Below, piece after piece: positions 50,154 to 60,815 of a stretch of 64,000 nucleotides of DNA. The first letter of the stretch is position 1; every line of letters starts with the position of its first letter. The stretch is from Flavihumibacter sp. Lineage in GTDB: Bacteria; Bacteroidota; Bacteroidia; Chitinophagales; Chitinophagaceae. The notes below the pieces were generated by a model, which saw nothing but the letters and a program-made list of their open reading frames with translations, had not been told where the DNA came from and made no database searches. Position numbers and translations under genes: made by a program. Location of the stretch: positions 10,174-74,173 of the forward strand of contig JAVBLN010000045.1 in assembly GCA_031553495.1 (NCBI GenBank). The letters run 5' to 3'.

Positions 50154-51500
50154 TCAACTCTTTTCATCGGAAGCCGGAGGATTACTTTTATCACTCACAA
50201 ACAAAACCGAGAAGCCTCCAATTACCATAGCCACACCGGCTACTACAAACATGTACACAGCATGCTTGTCAAATACCTGCGTAAGAATTATGCCGCCAAA
50301 CAAGCCTGCAATAATTTGTGGAATAGTGATAGTGGCATTAAAGATACCCATATAAACGCCCATCTTACTCGCCGGCAACGACGCTGATAAGATGGCATAA
50401 GGCATCGCAAGAATGGCTGCCCAGGCTATTCCCAAGCCAATCATTGGTATAAGCAACATATATTTATCAGTAATAAAAAACATGGAGCAAAGCCCTATGC
50501 CGCCTGCAATTAGCGAACACATATACACCGCTTTCCTTCCAAATTTATTTGCAAGCGGAGTTAATACTAATGAATACAACGCAGCAAAAAAGCTGTATGC
50601 AGCAAAAATAATTCCTACCCAGTTGCCGGCTTCGTTGTATGCTTTTGAATGCGCATCGTCGGTATTCCAAACATTATTGGCCACACCTTCAGTTGTATAT
50701 ACCCAAACAATGAAAAGCGAAAACCATGAAAAGAACTGCACGATAGCCAGTTGATACATTGCCTGCGGCATGTTTGCAACCAAACGCCAGAATGATACTT
50801 TCACTTTCTCTTCCTCCTTCACGTTGTTGTATAATTCATACTCTTTAGGAGGATATTCTTTTGTAGTGAAGGAAGTCCACAACACTGTGAACAATAATAT
50901 GGCGCCGCCAATATAAAACGACCAGACAACAGATTGCGCCACCTTTTCACCGGCACCGGGTTCATTTTTCACACCCCACCATGTTAATAAAAACGGCAGC
51001 ATAGAACCCAACACAGCACCTACATTAATTAGAAAACTTTGAATAGAATACCCAAGGTTACGCTGTTTATCATTCACCATATCTCCCACCAAAGCCCTAA
51101 AAGGCTGCATGGTAACATTGAATGACGTATCCATAAATAACAACATGAACGCCCCAAAAAAAATTGGTGGCAATAGTTGCGCAAAGTGTTCTGAGTTAGG
51201 CATAAAGAACATGGCCAGTGCGGAAACTATTGCACCGCCCAATATAAATGGAACCCGCCGCCCCATACGTGTCCAGGTTTTATCGCTCGATAAACCAACT
51301 ATTGGTTGCACCAGCAAACCCGCCAGGGGCGCGGCAAGCCAGAAGTAGCTTAGACTGTCGGTATCTGCCCCTAAAGCTTTCAATATACGGCTCGTGTTTC
51401 CGTTCTGCAGGGAATAACCAATTTGCACGCCTAAAAAACCAAAACTTAAATTCCATATCTGAAAAAAACTAAGCAGTGGTTTCTGAATTATTTGTTTCAT
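50154..51500 (-). CDS. MFS transporter, SLC45/GPH-like (probable maltose/maltodextrin:H+ symporter)
   Basis: The track start 51506 is a TTG; ATG is at 51500 (MKQIIQKPLL). IWNLSFGFLGVQIGYSLQNGNTSRIL and SDKTWTRMGRRVPFILGG are SLC45-like motifs. It heads a GH13/GH65 cluster. Confidence 0.75.
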   Translation of the reverse strand: MKQIIQKPLLSFFQIWNLSFGFLGVQIGYSLQNGNTSRILKALGADTDSLSYFWLAAPLAGLLVQPIVGLSSDKTWTRMGRRVPFILGGAIVSALAMFFMPNSEHFAQLLPPIFFGAFMLLFMDTSFNVTMQPFRALVGDMVNDKQRNLGYSIQSFLINVGAVLGSMLPFLLTWWGVKNEPGAGEKVAQSVVWSFYIGGAILLFTVLWTSFTTKEYPPKEYELYNNVKEEEKVKVSFWRLVANMPQAMYQLAIVQFFSWFSLFIVWVYTTEGVANNVWNTDDAHSKAYNEAGNWVGIIFAAYSFFAALYSLVLTPLANKFGRKAVYMCSLIAGGIGLCSMFFITDKYMLLIPMIGLGIAWAAILAMPYAILSASLPASKMGVYMGIFNATITIPQIIAGLFGGIILTQVFDKHAVYMFVVAGVAMVIGGFSVLFVSDKSNPPASDEKS

Positions 51501-51526
51501 ACACAATATGTTTTCAATCGTTTACT

Positions 51527-51690
51527 TAACCACAAGGGTCACAATGGTTTTTCACAAGGGCACAAAAATTTTTGAAGTACCAAGGGAAATTCGTGATCAC
51601 AACAATTCTTTTCAGCTTCCCTCTATATTTTCACTTGCAATTAGTGCATAAGGCACTCCCAACTCTCAATTCTCAACTCAATAAGGTTCG
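51527..51690. repeat. Module block without core unit (CACAAGGG, attcgtgatcacaacaattc, agtgcataaggcac, ctcaattctcaactc)
   Basis: ttaaccacaagggtcacaatggtttttcacaagggcacaaa...aaattcgtgatcacaacaattcttttc...gcaattagtgcataaggcactcccaactctcaattctcaactc. It overlaps the 3' end of the GH13 CDS (51641-51690). Confidence 0.75.
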
Positions 51691-53446
51691 CTCCCATTGG
51701 TGGCACTTTAACTCTTATAGTATTTCCATTTACTTCCAGCTGTGTACCGCTTAATAATTCTTTAATACTTCTGATCTTTTTCTTAGCAAGAGATAACTGC
51801 TCAAGAGGTAAAGTAATTTCCTCATCATAATAATCCGTACGACTAAAGTTAGCAATTACTAAAGCAATAGTATTACCGGTATAGCGTATAAATGAAAAGA
51901 CTTTGCTTTTATCATCCGTTGGCAATGCATAATACTCTCCATCTCTTAAAGCCTCGCAACTATTGCATGCGGTAAGCAACTTACAATAAAAACTTCTTAG
52001 ATTTTTTTGCTCATCACTTAGTAATCCTCCATCAAATTTACCGCCATTCATCCATTGCTGATGAGCGGACACGCCCCAATAATCAAACATGGTAGTTCGA
52101 TTATCATCTCCGCCAAACCCTTCTTTACCCTCAGCCTTCTCCCCTACTTCCTGTCCGAAATAAATCATCACCGGGCCTCGTGAAATGGTTGCTGAAATTG
52201 TCATTGCCGGAATTGCATACAAAGCGTTCCCAGCAAATCCTTTTGATGCGATCCGCTCTTCATCATGATTTTCCAAAAAACTTAACATGCGGTCATTAAA
52301 TTCGCGTACGCTATCGTGAGCAGCTGTGATGCTTTGCACATAAGCGTTTGGCTCATTCTTAATAAGGCGTTTTAGGGTATCGTATAAGCCCACTTTGTCA
52401 TACAGAAAATCAAACTTTCCTTCATTCAAATATTTCGCATATACATTAGGGTTATACGCTTCTGCAATAAAAATCAGCGCCGGGTTTATTTCTTTTACCT
52501 GTGGAATTACCCAATTCCAAAACTCTACAGGAACCATTTCAGCCATATCGCAGCGAAAACCATCGACATTTTTTTTAGTCCAAAACATTAAAATATCACG
52601 CATCTTCAGCCACACCGGCGGTACAGGATCAAAATATTTTTTTTCGTTGTTCTTATAGTCAACTCCATAATTAAGCTTTACTGTCTCATACCAGTCATCT
52701 ATTGAAGGCGATTCGACAAACACATTATTGCCGGTGGCTTTTGCAGGACTCTCATTAAATTTTCCATCTTTTAAAACGCTTTTAAATTCATCGCCGCCGG
52801 CATTTATACCTTTTGGTGCAATGAAATTTTTTCCCGTTATATAGTAAAAATCATTAGTAGCAAAGAATGCTTTGCTCTTGTCATCAAATTCGCCGAAATT
52901 CTTTACCCCCGCGGGTTTCACATCAGAACGATACTTTCGCGCCACGTGATTTGGAATAAAATCAATCAGCACTTTCAGCTTATGCGCATGCGTTCTTTTA
53001 ACCAATGCTTCAAACTCACCCATCCTGTTTTTTACATCAACTGCCAGGTCAGGATCAACATCATAATAATCTTTTACGGCATAAGGCGAGCCGGCTCTTC
53101 CTTTCACAACATCAGGATCATCGGCTTCTATTCCCTGCGTAGAATAATCATTCATAGTGGCATGCTCAATAACACCGGTGTACCAGACATGCGTAATGCC
53201 CAGTGTTTTCAATGAGTCTAGCGCTTTGTCATTAATGTCATTAAACTTTCCGCAACCATTTTCGCCTATAGAACCATAATATTTATTTGTGGAATTTGTA
53301 TTGCCAAAAAGGCGGGTCATCATTTGATATATAACAAGCTTTTCCTTATAGGCAGAATCTGTATTTGCAGCTTGTTTTCCTGAAGGTCCGGAATTGCAGG
53401 CGGCCAGCGCTGCAATCAATAACAATAATAAATAAGCTTGTTTCAT
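51641..53446 (-). CDS. GH13 alpha-amylase-family lipoprotein
   Basis: 601-aa ORF with lipobox LIAALAAC. GH13 regions DFIPNHVA, GFRCDMAEM, FIAEAY and FLENHDEERI. The last ~13 codons and the stop lie in a repeat module (see findings). Confidence 0.85.
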   Translation of the reverse strand: MKQAYLLLLLIAALAACNSGPSGKQAANTDSAYKEKLVIYQMMTRLFGNTNSTNKYYGSIGENGCGKFNDINDKALDSLKTLGITHVWYTGVIEHATMNDYSTQGIEADDPDVVKGRAGSPYAVKDYYDVDPDLAVDVKNRMGEFEALVKRTHAHKLKVLIDFIPNHVARKYRSDVKPAGVKNFGEFDDKSKAFFATNDFYYITGKNFIAPKGINAGGDEFKSVLKDGKFNESPAKATGNNVFVESPSIDDWYETVKLNYGVDYKNNEKKYFDPVPPVWLKMRDILMFWTKKNVDGFRCDMAEMVPVEFWNWVIPQVKEINPALIFIAEAYNPNVYAKYLNEGKFDFLYDKVGLYDTLKRLIKNEPNAYVQSITAAHDSVREFNDRMLSFLENHDEERIASKGFAGNALYAIPAMTISATISRGPVMIYFGQEVGEKAEGKEGFGGDDNRTTMFDYWGVSAHQQWMNGGKFDGGLLSDEQKNLRSFYCKLLTACNSCEALRDGEYYALPTDDKSKVFSFIRYTGNTIALVIANFSRTDYYDEEITLPLEQLSLAKKKIRSIKELLSGTQLEVNGNTIRVKVPPMGANLIELRIESWECLMH

Positions 53447-53557
53447 ATAGTTCGTTTTCTTACATAGTGTTTACAGATTTAATCATATCTCCGCGGCTTC
53501 GGCATCTTATACCACATGCCTGTTTATTATATTAATGCAGTAAAAAATGCGCAGTTA

Positions 53558-53793
53558 TTTTTTATTGAACCAGCGGTATTGCTACTATTAAGCATCGTTG
53601 TGTCACTCACTTGTGCGGTTGAATTTCTATTCAGCCATGTGAAACATTCATGCCAAATTTATACAGCGTTTAGTACAGCATGCTAAACAAATAAAACGCA
53701 TTCCGCATTATGCACAATAGCGAACAAACCGCTGAAGAGTGCGACGCAACGGCTGCTTAATAGTAGCACTACCGCCCGGCTCATAATAAAAAA
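53558..53793. repeat. Inverted heterotypic doublet, 236 bp (F 53558-53636 V1; R 53714-53793 V3)
   Basis: ttttttattgaaccagcggtattgctactattaagcatcgttgtgtcactcacttgtgcggttgaatttctattcagcc ... acaatagcgaacaaaccgctgaagagtGCGACGCaacggctgcttaatagtagcactaccgcccggctcataataaaaaa. Confidence 0.9.
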
Positions 53794-53818
53794 CAATTTA
53801 CGTTATACTGTTCATAAA

Positions 53819-56800
53819 TTATAATCTTGCCACTTTTATTCTTTGTATGTTGCTGCCATATTTTACAATAAAAACATACATGCCTGACGATTGGTATAAT
53901 AATACATTTTTCGCCGCGTCTTTCACATAGCTAAAACTGCCGGTATATCCTGCTATTTTGCTTCCATCCATGGTAAACACTTCCAACCCAATTTTTTCAG
54001 TTCCATTAAAGAAATAGTTTGATAGCACCTCTACTGAACTTCTTACAGGATTAGGTTTCACCATTATCATATTAGCCGGTTGCAGGTTTGTAATCACTTC
54101 AATTATTTTATGATTGCTAACACGACCATCATTATCCACCTGCTGAAGTCTGTAATACAATTTCGATGTATTTATATCATCATCAGTAAACGAGTAATTT
54201 TTTATAGTAGTATTTTCCTCTTTATCCGCATCTACAAAGCCTATTTCAAGAAAAGTTTTCCCATCTTCCGAACGAAGAACCTTAAACCCTTTATTGTTGT
54301 ATTCAGATGTAGTAGTCCATTTCAGTTCCACCACATTATTTTTATATAGTCCTGTAAAGCCGGTTAATGTTACAGGCAGTACAACATTATCACTATACAC
54401 AGCAAATACATGAAACGAAGGAATGTTATTCTCCGATTTTAAATAGGGCCCGGATCCTGTGGCGCCTGTTACTGAAGAAACGTTTGTCCAGCCTGCGACA
54501 GCATTCGAATACATTACTTTAGCGAGGCTGTTAACAAAGTCGCCTGACTGATCAGAAGCGTTCCACTGAAATGTAGCATTAACATTTACTCCACTTGCAA
54601 TTTCCGGTTCTATAATCCAACTTTTGTTTACAACACCTGTCGATACAGGGCTTCCGGAAGTTCCACCAGATAATACACTTTCAAAAACACGAATATTAAA
54701 ATTGGTTAAAGTGCCCGAATTACTTATAATCACAGGCGTATAAGTAGAATTACCAACCGGAAATAATTTGCTTTCGCTTCCTACCTGTTGTTCTACACTA
54801 CCCGCTCCTGCTGCAACATCCAGGGTTTGAATGTATGAGGAATTGCTGCCCCCTGTAATTGCTGTAGCAGGGGATAATTGTAAATTATAATTTCCAAGCT
54901 GCAGTTTTCCGTTCGTTAATATTAATTCATCATTCACTTTAATAGAAGCATTTAATTGAACATTGTTCGCATTGGCAATTTCGAGTTTGTTAAAAGCGAT
55001 GGCACCTGTAATGTTCTGCAATGCGTTTCCCGCCAGTATTACAGAACCTTCTCCGCTAAAAGTGCCACTGCCGCTTATGGTTTCGCCATTTACAAGTATG
55101 TTGACACCGGAATTAATTGTTGCAGTTGTCCCATCTTCAATCCATAAATCATTACACTGTATAGTATTTGTGAAAACAGGTGCAGGCTTAGCATTTGCGG
55201 GAATTATAAGATTATATGCAGCACCCGGCATTTGACCTTCTTCCCAATTGCCGCAATCTGTAATATCGGATGAACCTTTATTGCCAGTCCATATTGCTGC
55301 TTTCAAAGAAGTACTATTTTCTGGTGCAAGTGTATTAACCACCTGGGGCGCAGTGTATGTTACATTTATCCAACATTTTTGTTCGGACTGTGTGTTGGTG
55401 GTGTTCCTTATTTTTACTGTTATCCAGCCATCAGCAGAAGAAGTGAACACACCGGTTAAAGGAGATGCAGTTGAGGTAACACCACTCATTTCATGCAATT
55501 TGGTTCCATCCAAATTCCATATGGAAGTGGTGACATTGGTATTATTAACTTCAGGAAAAACTTTATAGGTAATTGTTTCTCCACCTGCTACAAATATTTT
55601 TCCGGCAACCCGCTGATTTGTGGAACTGGCAGGTAACTTACCGCCTTGTCCTAACGACTGACAATGACTATCTCCTAAATCATCAGCCATTTCCCACTCC
55701 TGCGTGGTTTCCGCACTGCGCGAAGGTGAATAAGTTGCTAAATGATCATACAAATCCTGAACACTTGTTACGGTCACGCCTTCCGGAGCAGGCGCCCAAA
55801 TAGAATATCCATGACCGTTAGCATCTGCTATTGTATGACCAACACAAGCCGTTTTAATTAACACCCTTCTATCATTATAAACTTCAGAAGTAGAAATTCC
55901 ATGAGCACCAGAATAATCGTATAATGTTTTACCCACCCACGAGTCATCTACTGTAACCCACACTTCCTGGTCGGTATCATAAGAATCGCTAATACCAATT
56001 ATAGCTTTCCCAATACGGTCAATTACCAAATGATCACCCAAATCACCTGTCACAAGGTAAACATCCGCCAGGGACGAGGGAACCGCATAACTACCATTTT
56101 TAAAATCCAATTTCTGATGGGCCTGCAAAATATTTTGCAGATCACTTCTTACTGGTAAATCACTGGTACTGGAAGGAAGGTGTGTCCATCGTTTTCCTGT
56201 GGTACCTATATCAAAAATATCTTCAAAAAAGAAAGCCGGATTGCCATCAATAGCGCAAATGGCAGCATAAGCCGCCGCAAGCCTTGGTTCGCGTGGATCT
56301 ATGTGCTGTCCGTTTCCACCAAGCTCATTGCCGGTATCCCATCCCGAAGCGTCTCCTAAAGGCTTTGAAAAGTTTCCGTCTGCATCCAATTTAGGACGAT
56401 ACGTATCATGGCTGTTTACAAAAGGCACAGTACGGTACACCCGCTTTCCACCAGGATAATCCATGTATCGCCTGTCTTGTTGCTCACCGGGAATATTTTG
56501 CATATTGTAGCCGCCCATTCCTAACACCATGCTATATAAACCGCCATTATACCCATACCCGCGCATACTAAAATCGAATGTTCCGGTACTTAGTTCGTTA
56601 GTAACACCATTTGGCGCAGTGCCGGTACGCACATTCCACATGTAGTTATCTAATTCTGTTTTATTGCCAATCCATTCTCCCACACAAAACATATTCTGAT
56701 CGCCATTTGCAAAGTCTGCAACATATTTTGAGTTATAAATAAAATCTTCCTGTACGTTGATATCAAAATGCTTTACTGCGTCCCATCGCCAGCCATCAAC

Positions 56801-57637
56801 TCCTGTTTGTTTTTTTAACCACACAATCCATTGGCGTGCATTATCACGCATATAATTATTTGCCTGTACAGGATTATAATATGGTCTTACCGTAGCACCA
56901 ATTGTTGCATTTCCGGTGGAAGGAATATTAGAGCTTTGCCCTGCCGATCCGCTTAAGTAGCTGATATCCGGCCCCCAGTAGCTTTCACAAATATCACCAC
57001 TCACACAATTGTCGGAGGCATTAGGATGAAAATTCCAATAGTTTTTACTCCATCTTCCGGAGCGTGTCCAGTAATCATCCGATGATTCATCAATTAAAGG
57101 TGTAGCGTATGAAACATAACGAAAGTTTTTATACCCACTCGCGGTTTGCATGGAATAAGTCGCTTCAGGATCCTGTCCGCCGGTACCGCTATTAGTGCCT
57201 GCATCAGTAGTGTGATTTAGCACCACATCCTGGATTACTTCAAGGCCATTGGCATGCATCACCGCAATCATGCGCAGGTATTCATCTTTGGTACCCATTC
57301 TTGTTTTCACATTTATGGTGCCGCCGCCTTTTTGAAATTTGTCGCCTAAATCATACTGATCAAATGGTGCATACCCTACAGAACCTGTAGATGAATTTTT
57401 ATAACTCGGTGGTATCCATACCGCATCAAAACCTGCCGCTTTAAGGCGCGGCGCCAATTCACATAAATAATTACTCCAGCCATTCGGATAATTCGCATTC
57501 CAATAGTCCCACCAGAATGCCTGAAAGACAGCTTTCTTTACTGTGGAATTTTGCCCATAACCAATAGTATGCAGCATCAAAAAACAGCATACCAAAAAGA
57601 GTAAGATTTTTGCAGATGAGTACTTTAACATTTTCAT
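53819..57637 (-). CDS. Secreted GH13 alpha-amylase with long beta-rich extension and T9SS C-terminal sorting domain
   Basis: 1272-aa ORF with a signal peptide. GH13 regions QDVVLNHTT, GWRWDAVKH, CVGEWI and FVNSHDTYRP. The C-terminal ~80 aa (VKPNPVRSSVEVL...GMYVFIVKYGSNIQRIKVARL) fit the T9SS type A CTD pattern. Confidence 0.85.
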   Translation of the reverse strand: MKMLKYSSAKILLFLVCCFLMLHTIGYGQNSTVKKAVFQAFWWDYWNANYPNGWSNYLCELAPRLKAAGFDAVWIPPSYKNSSTGSVGYAPFDQYDLGDKFQKGGGTINVKTRMGTKDEYLRMIAVMHANGLEVIQDVVLNHTTDAGTNSGTGGQDPEATYSMQTASGYKNFRYVSYATPLIDESSDDYWTRSGRWSKNYWNFHPNASDNCVSGDICESYWGPDISYLSGSAGQSSNIPSTGNATIGATVRPYYNPVQANNYMRDNARQWIVWLKKQTGVDGWRWDAVKHFDINVQEDFIYNSKYVADFANGDQNMFCVGEWIGNKTELDNYMWNVRTGTAPNGVTNELSTGTFDFSMRGYGYNGGLYSMVLGMGGYNMQNIPGEQQDRRYMDYPGGKRVYRTVPFVNSHDTYRPKLDADGNFSKPLGDASGWDTGNELGGNGQHIDPREPRLAAAYAAICAIDGNPAFFFEDIFDIGTTGKRWTHLPSSTSDLPVRSDLQNILQAHQKLDFKNGSYAVPSSLADVYLVTGDLGDHLVIDRIGKAIIGISDSYDTDQEVWVTVDDSWVGKTLYDYSGAHGISTSEVYNDRRVLIKTACVGHTIADANGHGYSIWAPAPEGVTVTSVQDLYDHLATYSPSRSAETTQEWEMADDLGDSHCQSLGQGGKLPASSTNQRVAGKIFVAGGETITYKVFPEVNNTNVTTSIWNLDGTKLHEMSGVTSTASPLTGVFTSSADGWITVKIRNTTNTQSEQKCWINVTYTAPQVVNTLAPENSTSLKAAIWTGNKGSSDITDCGNWEEGQMPGAAYNLIIPANAKPAPVFTNTIQCNDLWIEDGTTATINSGVNILVNGETISGSGTFSGEGSVILAGNALQNITGAIAFNKLEIANANNVQLNASIKVNDELILTNGKLQLGNYNLQLSPATAITGGSNSSYIQTLDVAAGAGSVEQQVGSESKLFPVGNSTYTPVIISNSGTLTNFNIRVFESVLSGGTSGSPVSTGVVNKSWIIEPEIASGVNVNATFQWNASDQSGDFVNSLAKVMYSNAVAGWTNVSSVTGATGSGPYLKSENNIPSFHVFAVYSDNVVLPVTLTGFTGLYKNNVVELKWTTTSEYNNKGFKVLRSEDGKTFLEIGFVDADKEENTTIKNYSFTDDDINTSKLYYRLQQVDNDGRVSNHKIIEVITNLQPANMIMVKPNPVRSSVEVLSNYFFNGTEKIGLEVFTMDGSKIAGYTGSFSYVKDAAKNVLLYQSSGMYVFIVKYGSNIQRIKVARL

Positions 57638-57785
57638 AGTAAGGCAATTTATAATTACAACATTTTGAAAATCTAATTTGTTTCAAAACTTCAATCATTC
57701 TACATTATAGTGTTGTTCTTAAAACGGCTATGATTTAGTTGCCTGGAGATTTAATAAAACTACATCATCACGAAAGATGAATTCA

Positions 57786-58038
57786 TATTATGAGCCCAAC
57801 GGTATTGATACTATTAAGCATCGTTGCGTCGCACTCTTCAGCTTTTGATTCTTTATTGGGCAATGACTAATAAAATTCAAAAGTCAAACAAAGAGCAGTC
57901 CGGTGTTGAAATTATGATTTACTAATAAGAACAACATTTAGTGCCTTATTATTAATTGCCGAATAGAATTACTTCAGCACAAGAGTGCGACGCAACGGCT
58001 GTTCCATAGTAATTCAAATGCCGGGCTCATAATAAAAC
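57786..58038. repeat. Inverted homotypic doublet (F 57786-57861 V3; R 57958-58038 V3)
   Basis: tattatgagcccaacggtattgatactattaagcatcgttGCGTCGCactcttcagcttttgattctttattgggc ... gccgaatagaattacttcagcacaagagtGCGACGCaacggctgttccatagtaattcaaatgccgggctcataataaaacc. Confidence 0.9.
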
Positions 58039-58163
58039 CAAATCTTAAATACAGTTCATATTAATAACCAGTTATTGGATTATTGGATTATGTTTTGCTG
58101 TTATCTCTAACACAGATTTCTGATATCTGATCTCTTTACCGCCTACTGTCAACTGCCAACTAC

Positions 58164-60446
58164 TTACTTCACAAATCGCTCTTCATTATTCACCATCACT
58201 ACAATGCCGTTGCCTGCACGCCTTTGAAAGCGTACATCATTTTTATCAATATACACATTCAATATAGTTCCTCTAAAAGTAATGTTGAATGAAAATGATT
58301 TCCAATTGTCAGGCACAAAAGGATTAAATGACAACTTGCCATCTTGCACCCGCATGCCTGCAAAACCCTGTACCACACTCATCCACGTGCCAGCCATGGA
58401 GGTAATATGTAAGCCGTCTTCCGTATCGTTATTATAATCATCAAGATCGAGCCGTGCAGTGCGCAAATACATTTCGTAAGCTTTCTCCTGGTAACCTAAT
58501 TTAGCGGCAAGTATAGAATGCACACATGGCGATAAAGAGCTTTCGTGTACTGTGCGTGGCTCATAAAAATCGAAATTGCTGCGAATGGTTTCAACATCAA
58601 ACCTGTCTTCAAAAAAATAAAGTCCCTGCAAAACATCCGCCTGCTTAATAAAACAAGAACGCAAAATGCGGTCCCAGCTCCACTTTTGATTGAGCGGCCT
58701 TTGCGATGAAGGCAAATCTTTTACTAATATCTGTTCCTTATCCATGTATCCATCCTGCTGCAAGAAAATTTCCAATTCTTCATCTTCCGGCAAATACATG
58801 TTTACAATTATATCATGCCATTTTTTTAATTCCAACTCCTCATTAAAATGAATTTTCTTAATAAGCAGATCATACTTTTCCGGCGCTGAGTGTCTTACAA
58901 TATCAATAGCTTCCATTGCATACTGCAGACACCATTTTGCAATGTAATTTGTGTACCAATTATTATTTACATTGTTTTCATACTCATTAGGGCCGGTTAC
59001 ACCAAGCATCACATACATGTTTTTTTCATTGCTGCGATTTACACGTTGTGCCCAAAACCGTGCAATACCTATCAGCACTTCCAATCCATAATTGTGCAGA
59101 TATTGCGCATCACCTGTATAGCGTATATAATTATAAATGGCGTAAGCAATAGCGCCATTGCGATGAATTTCTTCAAACGTTATCTCCCATTCGTTATGGC
59201 ATTCTTCGCCATTCATGGTAACCATCGGGTATAATGCGGCACCGCTATTAAACCCAAGCTTTTCAGCATTTTCAATAGCTTTAGGTAATTGCTGATAACG
59301 ATATAATAAAAGATTTTTTGTTACGTGTTGTTCTGCAGTAGATAAATAGAATGGCACACAATATGCTTCCGTATCCCAATACGTGGAACCGCCATACTTC
59401 TCTCCTGTAAAGCCTTTGGGGCCAATGTTGAGCCGGGCATCTTCGCCGGTATAAGTTTGATTAAGCTGAAAAATATTAAACCTGATCGCTTGTTGCGCAG
59501 CTACGTCGCCATCAATTATAATATCGCTCTCCTCCCATTTTTGATGCCACGCTTCCTGCTGCGCTTTAAACATGTTTTCAAATCCAATTGCAAAAATACT
59601 GCTGATAACCTCTTTACAATTTCGCGTCAAATTTTCCACATCGTGATTTTGTGAAGAAAGATTTGCTGCAAACTTATACAGCACCACTTCGTCATTTTGC
59701 TTTGCAGCTACAGAAAATATATGACCGACTTTTCTCTCTTCATAAAATGATTTCGGCTGCGCATCAATGGTCTTTCCATTTTGCTGCGCATAAAATTTCA
59801 TACCTGTGCAAACTTCAAAGTTCGTCTTCTTTGTTCGCAATGTTATAAAAGCTTCATCGTCGCCTAATTCATGACTTACTTCATCCCAAAACTTTTCATC
59901 ATAGTTTGAATCCTGGTTTTTAATATTGCCGTCAATGTAGGGTTTCAAAGTAATAGTTCCGCTAAAATTCAAAGGCGTAATGGCGTAGCGTATCACTCCG
60001 GCTTCATCATTTGAAATGCTGCAAAAACGCACAGACCGCACAGCCACTTGTTTTCCATCTTTTAAAGTGGCAACAAAAGTTCGCTCAAGATAACCCTCCT
60101 TCATGTGTAGCACTCTTCTAAATTGCTGTACCGAGCATGTATGCAGATCCAGTGTTTCATTGTCTATCTGCAGATCAATACCAATCCAGTTGGCCGCATT
60201 CAGCACTTTTGCAAAGTATTCAGGATAACCGTTCTTCCACCAGCCAACTCTTGTTTTATCAGGATAATAAACGCCGGCAACGTAATTCCCTTGCAGCGTT
60301 TCGCCTGTATATGTTTCCTCAAAATTGGCACGCTGCCCCATTCTGCCATTGCCAATACTAAATATACTTTCCGAAACCCTGTTTAATGCTGAATTAAATC
60401 CTTCTTCAATAATCAGCCATTCATCTTTTATTATGTAGTCTTTCAT
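58164..60446 (-). CDS. GH65 maltose phosphorylase-like disaccharide phosphorylase
   Basis: 760-aa ORF. N-terminus WLIIEEGFNSALNRVSESIFSIGNGRMGQRANFEE, a central (alpha/alpha)6 domain, and pgmB immediately upstream on the same strand. Confidence 0.9.
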   Translation of the reverse strand: MKDYIIKDEWLIIEEGFNSALNRVSESIFSIGNGRMGQRANFEETYTGETLQGNYVAGVYYPDKTRVGWWKNGYPEYFAKVLNAANWIGIDLQIDNETLDLHTCSVQQFRRVLHMKEGYLERTFVATLKDGKQVAVRSVRFCSISNDEAGVIRYAITPLNFSGTITLKPYIDGNIKNQDSNYDEKFWDEVSHELGDDEAFITLRTKKTNFEVCTGMKFYAQQNGKTIDAQPKSFYEERKVGHIFSVAAKQNDEVVLYKFAANLSSQNHDVENLTRNCKEVISSIFAIGFENMFKAQQEAWHQKWEESDIIIDGDVAAQQAIRFNIFQLNQTYTGEDARLNIGPKGFTGEKYGGSTYWDTEAYCVPFYLSTAEQHVTKNLLLYRYQQLPKAIENAEKLGFNSGAALYPMVTMNGEECHNEWEITFEEIHRNGAIAYAIYNYIRYTGDAQYLHNYGLEVLIGIARFWAQRVNRSNEKNMYVMLGVTGPNEYENNVNNNWYTNYIAKWCLQYAMEAIDIVRHSAPEKYDLLIKKIHFNEELELKKWHDIIVNMYLPEDEELEIFLQQDGYMDKEQILVKDLPSSQRPLNQKWSWDRILRSCFIKQADVLQGLYFFEDRFDVETIRSNFDFYEPRTVHESSLSPCVHSILAAKLGYQEKAYEMYLRTARLDLDDYNNDTEDGLHITSMAGTWMSVVQGFAGMRVQDGKLSFNPFVPDNWKSFSFNITFRGTILNVYIDKNDVRFQRRAGNGIVVMVNNEERFVK

Positions 60447-60683
60447 CTTGATTCTTTTTTTGTGCTCTTACAAGTACAGTTTAATTTTAAGGTCAAAGTA
60501 ATTCCTATAACTTACCAGCCATTACTCATAGAAGCCGCATGAGTAAGCATTTCCAGATATCCGCAGAAGTTTTTATTTTGGTTCTTGTTATTTAATTTAG
60601 CTATAATGAAAGCAGAGAGTTTTCATGGCACAAACGACAACTTTTATCAAGGTGTTTATACTCTATTTTTTTCTTGATGAATA

Positions 60684-60780
60684 CCGCAGTTGATAATTAT
60701 TGTACCGGCTTCAGTTTTTCATGGCATCATCGTTGTGTCACTCACTTGTACAGTAGTATTTCATGGGAACATTGGGTTGC
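60684..60780 (+). repeat. Repeat core unit, F orientation, subtype V4
   Basis: ccgcagttgataattattgtaccggcttcagtttttcatggcatcatcgttgtgtcactcacttgtacagtagtatttcatgggaacattgggttgc. A partial extra tttcatggcacaaacgacaac lies at about 60625-60648. Confidence 0.85.
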
Positions 60781-60815
60781 ACAAATAAAACTTTACTAAC
60801 AATTCAATCAGCCTT

